NCBI GenBank assembly: GCA_965204535.1
Contig: OZ241996.1
Location: 1,440,001-1,504,000, forward strand
DNA: 64,000 bases
Direction: 5' to 3'
DNA from: a bacterium
GTDB taxonomy: Bacteria > UBA8248
The notes below the pieces were generated by a model, which saw nothing but the letters and a program-made list of their open reading frames with translations, did not search any database and had not been told where the DNA came from. Positions 58,278 through 64,000 of this stretch are shown here, piece by piece. Position 1 is the stretch's first letter; each line of letters begins with the position of its first letter. Both the position numbers and the translations under genes were made by a program.

Positions 58278-59686
58278 GGCGCAAACTCTCCCCATAAGGC
58301 ATCCGACCTTGCGGCGATGCGGGAAAATCCGTTCTTCTCGGGCAAGGGCGCGAGCCGCATCCGAACCGTTCGGCCTATCCACTCATCGGGGCCGGAGGCC
58401 GACACGCGGATATAATTGTCCGACAAACCGGTGAGAAGGCCGTCTTCCGGGCGGCGGCTCTCGAACAGCACCTCCGTTTCCCGCCCCGTTTGCGAGGAGA
58501 CGAACGCCGCCCATTTCCTGCGCCCCAACTCCTGCAACGCGCGCGCGCGTTTTTTCTGCTCGGCTTTCTGAATTTGCTCCGGCATCTCGATGGCCGCCGT
58601 CCCCTCGCGCGGTGAATACGGAAAAACGTGCAGGTAGGCCAGCGGCGATTCCCGCACCCATTCCATGGTCCGTTCGAACGCCTCTTTGCTCTCGCCGGGG
58701 AAACCGACGATGAAATCTCCGCCGAGGCAGGCCCCGTCAATTTTCTTCGCGATCTCATCGAACCTGCTCGCGCAGCGCGCAGCGGTGTAGTTGCGTTTCA
58801 TCGCTCCCAGGGTTTCATCATCTCCGCTCTGGACGGGTATGTGGAAATGACGGCAGACGTAACTTCCCACGTTCGAGCGGCCAGAACCATATGCCTCGCT
58901 CGCCACGACGCGGATGAGTTCGCGCGTGAATTCCCCCGGCTCCACGGAGGAGAGCCTGAGGCGGAAAGTTCTTTCCATCCCGAGCAACCGGCTCACCAGA
59001 CGGCTCAGGGTGCTGCGCGGCTTCATGTCCCTGCCGTATGCGCCGAGGTGAATCCCTGTGAGCACCAGTTCCTCGTGACCGCCCGAAAGCAGCGTATCGG
59101 CGTGCTCGACGCATGAATCCACTTCCAGTGAGCGGCTCGCCCCGCGCGCGATGGTCGTCGCACAGAAAGAACAAGAGAAATTGCACCCGTCCTGCACCTT
59201 GAGATAGGCCCGCGTCCGGCTGCCGAACTGGGGCAGGACGACGCTCTCGATATCAAGACTTTCCTCGATCGGAGAAATCCGCATCTCGGGCTTTTCATCT
59301 CTCTCATGGGGCTTCGCCAGCTCCTCGGGAAGATGCAGCTTCTCCCTGTTGCCAAGCAGGAGATCGACTTCCGGGATCAGCATTTTCTCCGCGTTCGCCT
59401 GGGCGGAGCATCCCGCGATGACGACCCGGGCGTCCGGGCCGCCCATCCGCCGTGCCCGCCGCGCCAGCCGTCTGCCCTCCCGGTCGGCTTCCGCCGTGAC
59501 CGTGCAACTGTTGACGACGTAGACATCCGCCTCCCCGCTGAAAGGAACGAGCTCATATCCGGCTCCGGCGCACAGGTGCTTCATGGCTTCGCCCTCGGCG
59601 TGATTGAGCTTGCACCCCAGATTCGCCAGGGCGAGGCGCAGGGGTTTCGCGCTTGCGCTCGTATCGGCTTTGTTCGTCTCGTTCAT
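58274..59686 (-). CDS. mtaB: tRNA methylthiotransferase MtaB
   Basis: LGCKLN, NSCTVT, KVQDGCNFSCSFC radical SAM motif, HVFPYS.R.GT. Confidence 0.92.
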   Translation of the reverse strand: MNETNKADTSASAKPLRLALANLGCKLNHAEGEAMKHLCAGAGYELVPFSGEADVYVVNSCTVTAEADREGRRLARRARRMGGPDARVVIAGCSAQANAEKMLIPEVDLLLGNREKLHLPEELAKPHERDEKPEMRISPIEESLDIESVVLPQFGSRTRAYLKVQDGCNFSCSFCATTIARGASRSLEVDSCVEHADTLLSGGHEELVLTGIHLGAYGRDMKPRSTLSRLVSRLLGMERTFRLRLSSVEPGEFTRELIRVVASEAYGSGRSNVGSYVCRHFHIPVQSGDDETLGAMKRNYTAARCASRFDEIAKKIDGACLGGDFIVGFPGESKEAFERTMEWVRESPLAYLHVFPYSPREGTAAIEMPEQIQKAEQKKRARALQELGRRKWAAFVSSQTGRETEVLFESRRPEDGLLTGLSDNYIRVSASGPDEWIGRTVRMRLAPLPEKNGFSRIAARSDALWGEFAP

Positions 59687-59983
59687 GCGGGCTACCTTCA
59701 AGTGTTCAAAAATGCTACTTTTACAGCGAATCTTACGCTTTGCGCAATTTCACCCGCAAGGGCCGTTTCGCTTGACGGGAAAGCGGGGCAGTTGGTAGGG
59801 TAGGCTCGCCCGTACGAGAGTGAAAGTTGTTTGCCGGTCCGGTTCGCCGGAGACGCCGGACGGCCAATTCGCCCAAAGCGTTTTCCTTGGTCCCTTCCGT
59901 CGGGTATGATTCGGCTTCGTTTCAGTTTTCATTGCAGGCGTGGATTGATTCTATTTCAGACGATTTGAGGAGAGTTTCCGTTT

Positions 59984-60850
59984 ATGCGTGGTTTTGACTT
60001 CGTGGCGCCGACGACCATATCGGCCACACTAAAAGCGGCAAAAGGCAGAAATACAAAGTTCATCGCCGGAGGAACCAATTTCCTGCCCGATCTCAGGCAT
60101 CAGCACGACGGCCCCGCGAAAGTCGTCATCGACCTGATGAGAGTCTCTGCGCTACAGGGGATTTCCTCATCGAAGGGCCAGATCAAGCTGGGCGCCCTCG
60201 CAACGATGACGGATTTTCTGACGAATAAAATCATTCTCAAGGAAGCGCCGATTCTGGCGGCGATGTCGGAGAAATTCGCAGGCCCGATCATTCGCAACCG
60301 CGCCACGGTGGCCGGCAACATCATCGACGGCGGCCCGGCGGCGGACGCCGTTCCTCCCCTGCTCGCCCTGAAGGCGAAGGTGAGGCTCGCCAGCGAAAAA
60401 GGAAGGCGGACGGTCGATCTGGATAAATTCCTCACCGGATACCGCCAGACGGCCATCCGGTCCGATGAGCTGATCACCGCCGTGACCTTCCCCTCCCCCG
60501 GCAGGAACCACAAATGGGGGTATTACAAACTCGCCCGCAGAAACGCCATGGCCATCACGGTAGTGGGCGTAGCGGTCGTGCTGAAGGTGAGGCGCAAGAA
60601 GGTGGAGGAGGCGGGCATTTCGCTGGGCTCCGTGACGGCCGCCCCGATCCGCTGCTACGAGGCCGAGAAGATTCTCGAAGGCAACGCCGTGGACCTCGAA
60701 CTGGCCCAAAAGGCCGCGGAAGCCTGCGCCGCCGTGGCGACGCCCATTGACGACATTCGCGCATCGGCTGAATACCGCAAGCTGATGTGCGAAGTACTGC
60801 CGCGTCGCCTCATCTGCCAGGCGCTGGATATTTCACAGGACAACGACTAA
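59984..60850 (+). CDS. Molybdenum hydroxylase FAD-binding medium subunit (CoxM/CutM-like)
   Basis: AGGT, IRNRATVAGN, DIRASAEYR. Confidence 0.9.
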   Translation: MRGFDFVAPTTISATLKAAKGRNTKFIAGGTNFLPDLRHQHDGPAKVVIDLMRVSALQGISSSKGQIKLGALATMTDFLTNKIILKEAPILAAMSEKFAGPIIRNRATVAGNIIDGGPAADAVPPLLALKAKVRLASEKGRRTVDLDKFLTGYRQTAIRSDELITAVTFPSPGRNHKWGYYKLARRNAMAITVVGVAVVLKVRRKKVEEAGISLGSVTAAPIRCYEAEKILEGNAVDLELAQKAAEACAAVATPIDDIRASAEYRKLMCEVLPRRLICQALDISQDND

Positions 60851-60894
60851 AGACTTCATCGTCTCTTGCGTATTTCATTGGAGAATCCTTGAAG

Positions 60895-61443
60895 ATGGCT
60901 ACAGCGAGCAAATCGAAACGAACCGGAAAATCGAGCGCACCCGTATACGTGCCTCCCAAGAAGCTGCCCATTTCCTTCACCGTGAACGGCCAGGAAGTCA
61001 ACGCCGAAGCGCCCGCGCACACCAGTTTGCTGTATCTGCTGCGCGACCTGGGCTTCACCGAGGTGAAAAACGGCTGCGAGGCGGGCGATTGCGGCGCGTG
61101 CACGATTCTCCTGGATGGTCTGGCGATGAACGCATGCTGCGCGCTCGGCGTCCAGGCGGAAGGGCGTGAGATCACCACCGTCAAAGGCATCGGGACGGTG
61201 GACAACCTCCATCCGATACAGGTGAAATTCATCGAGCACGGCGCCATTCAGTGCGGCTTCTGCACGCCCGGAATGATAGTCGCCGCCAAGGAATTGCTCG
61301 ACGACAACCCGAACCCCAGCCGACATGAAATCAAGGCCGGCATCGCGGGCAATCTTTGCCGCTGCACCGGCTACGTGAAGATCATCGACGCTATCGAGGC
61401 CGCGGCTGAAGAACTTTCCTCGAAGAAAGGAAAAAGGAAATAA
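60895..61443 (+). CDS. Molybdenum hydroxylase 2x[2Fe-2S] small subunit (CoxS-like)
   Basis: GCEAGDCGACT, QCGFCTPG, NLCRCTGY. Confidence 0.93.
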   Translation: MATASKSKRTGKSSAPVYVPPKKLPISFTVNGQEVNAEAPAHTSLLYLLRDLGFTEVKNGCEAGDCGACTILLDGLAMNACCALGVQAEGREITTVKGIGTVDNLHPIQVKFIEHGAIQCGFCTPGMIVAAKELLDDNPNPSRHEIKAGIAGNLCRCTGYVKIIDAIEAAAEELSSKKGKRK

Positions 61444-61445
61444 AC

Positions 61446-62390
61446 GTGACTGCCTCATCGAATTCCACCAAAAAGAAAAAAAGTTCCGGGCAGGGATTCA
61501 AGGACGTAGACGACGTTCAGGAATCGTTCCGGAATCTCGACTACATCTCCGACCGCACCCTGGCGACCACCCTCTTCCTGGCCACCAAACTGGAAAAACC
61601 CCTTTTCCTCGAAGGAGAAGCGGGCGTAGGAAAGACGGAACTCGCCAAGGTGCTCGCCAGCGCGATGGATACCGAACTCATCCGCCTGCAATGCTACGAG
61701 GGTCTCGACGCGAACTCGGCTCTCTATGAGTGGAACTACGCGAAGCAACTCCTCCACATCAAGATGGAGGAAGGCAGGGATTCGGACGCGAAGCAGATCG
61801 AACGGGACATCTTCAGCGAGCAATACCTCATCGAACGTCCCCTTCTTCGCGCGCTTTTGCGCTCGAAAGAAAAGCCGGTGGTCCTGCTCATCGACGAAAT
61901 CGACCGCTCCGATGAAGAATTCGAGGCGTTCCTGCTGGAAATCCTCTCCGACTACCAGATCACGATTCCCGAGATGGGAACCGTCCAGGCGGCCAGCAGA
62001 CCCCTGGTGGTGCTCACCAGCAACCGGACCCGCGAAATCCACGACGCCCTCAAGCGCCGCTGCCTGTATCTGTGGGTCGACTATCCCTCCTTCGAGAAAG
62101 AAGTGGAGATCATCACGACCAAGGTGCCCGGGGTCAGCGAGCGGCTGGCGGAGCAAATTTCGCGCTTCATGACCCAGGCGAGGCAAATGGATTTCTACAA
62201 GCGCCCCGGCGTGGCCGAATCCCTCGATTGGGCGCAGGCGCTCCTCGCACTGCACCGCAATGAATTAGACGCCGACGCCGTGCGTGAGACCATCGGCTGC
62301 ATCCTGAAATACCAGGACGACATCAAGCGCGTGGAGAGTGACGGTCTCGACAGCATGGTGGCGACGGCGCAACTGGCGCCCGACGCCTGA
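61446..62390 (+). CDS. MoxR-type AAA+ ATPase (CoxD-like)
   Basis: GEAGVGKT, RLQCYEGLD, LIDEIDR, ALKRRC. Confidence 0.92.
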   Translation: MTASSNSTKKKKSSGQGFKDVDDVQESFRNLDYISDRTLATTLFLATKLEKPLFLEGEAGVGKTELAKVLASAMDTELIRLQCYEGLDANSALYEWNYAKQLLHIKMEEGRDSDAKQIERDIFSEQYLIERPLLRALLRSKEKPVVLLIDEIDRSDEEFEAFLLEILSDYQITIPEMGTVQAASRPLVVLTSNRTREIHDALKRRCLYLWVDYPSFEKEVEIITTKVPGVSERLAEQISRFMTQARQMDFYKRPGVAESLDWAQALLALHRNELDADAVRETIGCILKYQDDIKRVESDGLDSMVATAQLAPDA

Positions 62391-62404
62391 TCCGGACAAA
62401 CCTC

Positions 62405-63670
62405 ATGGCAACTTCCATTCGCCCCATCGTTCAGGGCACCCTGCCCAAGCGCAGGATCCGCGTAAAGGGCCGGGGCCTCAAAGGAGAGATGATCGGCTTT
62501 TGCCGCATCCTCAGGCGCGCGGGTCTCAAGATAACCTCGGGCCGCATCATCGACGTCTTCCGCTGCTTCGATTCGCTCGACGCCACGAATCTCGACAACA
62601 TCTACGTCGCCAGCAAGTCGAATCTCATCTCGAGCCAGGACGAGAGCATGATTTTCGACGCCGTGTTCCGGCAATACTGGTTCGATGAGGAAGGCAATCC
62701 TTACTCGGGCGACGAATCGGTGCAGGTCGATACCCAATTCGAGGAAGAGGGCGAAGGCCAGGCCAGCGAAGGGGGCGGCTCTTCAGAAGAAGGTGAGTCG
62801 GACGCCGAGGGCGAGGGGCAGGAAAACCCCGGGCTTCCATCGGAAGACGACGTCGAAAGCGCCGCCGAACCCGGCGAGCAGGGAGACGACGACGAGGGCG
62901 TGCCCTCCTACAGCCCCGCCGAAGTCATATCGGACAAGGATTTCTCTTCGCTGAACATGGATCAGGTCGCCGAACTGAGACGCCTCATCGCGAAGCTCGT
63001 TCCCAAGCTCGCCACCAAGATCAGCCGCCGCAAACGGCCCGACATGCGCTCCCCCGAAATCGACATGAGGCGCAGCGTCAAGAGAAGCGTCCGCTCGGGC
63101 GGCGAGGTGCTGAAGCTCTTCCGCCGCAGGAGAAAGATACAAAAAACCCAGATCGTGCTCATCTGCGACGTATCGGGCTCGATGGACAGCTACAGCCAGT
63201 TTCTGATTCAGTTTCTCTACAGCCTGCAGAACGAGATCAAATCGCTGCGCACGTTCGTCTTCAGCACGCGCCTTTCGGACGCCACGCCGTATCTGCGCCA
63301 CAAGGACGTCAACACCGCTCTCAAGCGCCTATCCATGGAGGTGCACGACTGGAGCGGCGGCACGCAGATCGGCAACTGCCTCAAAACATTCAACTACGAA
63401 TACGGCAGGACCATCCTGAACAGCCGCACCATCGTCATCATCATATCGGACGGCTGGGACCGGGGCGACACGGATACGCTGGCGGAGGAAATGAACCGCC
63501 TCAAGAAAATCTGCTACAAGCTCTTCTGGCTCAATCCATTGCTGGGCAGCCCCGGCTACCGCCCGATAGACAGAGGCATGCGAACGGCCCTGCCCTACTG
63601 CGATGAATTTCTGGCGGCCCACAACCTCGACAGCCTGATCGACATGACGAACAAGATCGCGCGCATATAA
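62405..63670 (+). CDS. VWA domain protein (CoxE-like)
   Basis: DVSGSM, FVFSTRL, WSGGT.IG, ISDGWD, WLNPL. Confidence 0.92.
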   Translation: MATSIRPIVQGTLPKRRIRVKGRGLKGEMIGFCRILRRAGLKITSGRIIDVFRCFDSLDATNLDNIYVASKSNLISSQDESMIFDAVFRQYWFDEEGNPYSGDESVQVDTQFEEEGEGQASEGGGSSEEGESDAEGEGQENPGLPSEDDVESAAEPGEQGDDDEGVPSYSPAEVISDKDFSSLNMDQVAELRRLIAKLVPKLATKISRRKRPDMRSPEIDMRRSVKRSVRSGGEVLKLFRRRRKIQKTQIVLICDVSGSMDSYSQFLIQFLYSLQNEIKSLRTFVFSTRLSDATPYLRHKDVNTALKRLSMEVHDWSGGTQIGNCLKTFNYEYGRTILNSRTIVIIISDGWDRGDTDTLAEEMNRLKKICYKLFWLNPLLGSPGYRPIDRGMRTALPYCDEFLAAHNLDSLIDMTNKIARI

Positions 63671-63751
63671 CAATTCCTCTTTTCTTCTCACCTCATCTGG
63701 CTGTATAAATTGCACTTTTAATTGACCCCCTATCGTGGACAGGGAAAGAAA

Positions 63752-64000
63752 TTGGCGAATCTACTGATTTACACGGCGGACAACGGATTCGCGGACGCGC
63801 TCGGGCGCGCCCTGCGGCGAGAGGGCCATTTCTGCAAGATGGTGCAGGACGAAACCACGGCCTTACAGGAAGTGCGCGCCAGGGGCCTGGCCCTCATCCT
63901 GCTCGACGACGCCCCCGCCCTGCCCAAGGTCGAGGAAATGCGGAACTGGACCACGCTGCCAATCCTCCTGCTCCTCGAGCCGGACCGCCTCGCCGTGGTT
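63752..64000 (+). CDS. Response-regulator receiver-like protein (partial, runs off the window)
   Basis: Manual translation from TTG: MANLLIYTADNGFADALGRALRREG...LILLDD...LPILLL, receiver-like beta/alpha pattern. Confidence 0.6.
   Translation, partial: MANLLIYTADNGFADALGRALRREGHFCKMVQDETTALQEVRARGLALILLDDAPALPKVEEMRNWTTLPILLLLEPDRLAVV

Noticed and set aside
59790-59983. Structured leader before coxM as a Moco riboswitch
   Set aside because: A GC hairpin is present (~59833-59865) but I could not match the Moco RNA motif; an Rfam/Infernal scan would be needed
59984-63670. Aerobic CO dehydrogenase
   Set aside because: The diagnostic large subunit is absent, so the substrate cannot be assigned

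Overview
Bacterial chromosomal window, mostly GC-rich. It carries housekeeping genes (partial secA, lgt, htrA/degP-type protease, moeA, mobA, glnE, pckA, ygfZ, mtaB, tRNA-Gly), many catabolic and transport genes, a FadR-regulated oxalate-oxidoreductase-like three-subunit 2-oxoacid:ferredoxin oxidoreductase operon, two toxin-antitoxin pairs and a coxM-coxS-coxD-coxE-type cluster with no large subunit. Features the ORF track misses: (1) two probable selenoproteins (DUF3179 family W-U-P-L-C; DsbA/FrnE family L-U-P-W-C), each with a predicted SECIS hairpin whose CGUG loop starts exactly 21 nt after the UGA; (2) two tandem cargo-carrying cassettes (20609-23270) with shared left and right ends and an ACACC core at all three junctions, next to a decayed tyrosine recombinase; (3) composite MITEs with IS-like inverted ends that enclose two different GTAG-type REP doublets; (4) a lower-GC first ~5.4 kb that includes secA. 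No CRISPR array or rRNA was seen. Family assignments come from motif recognition and memory, not database searches.
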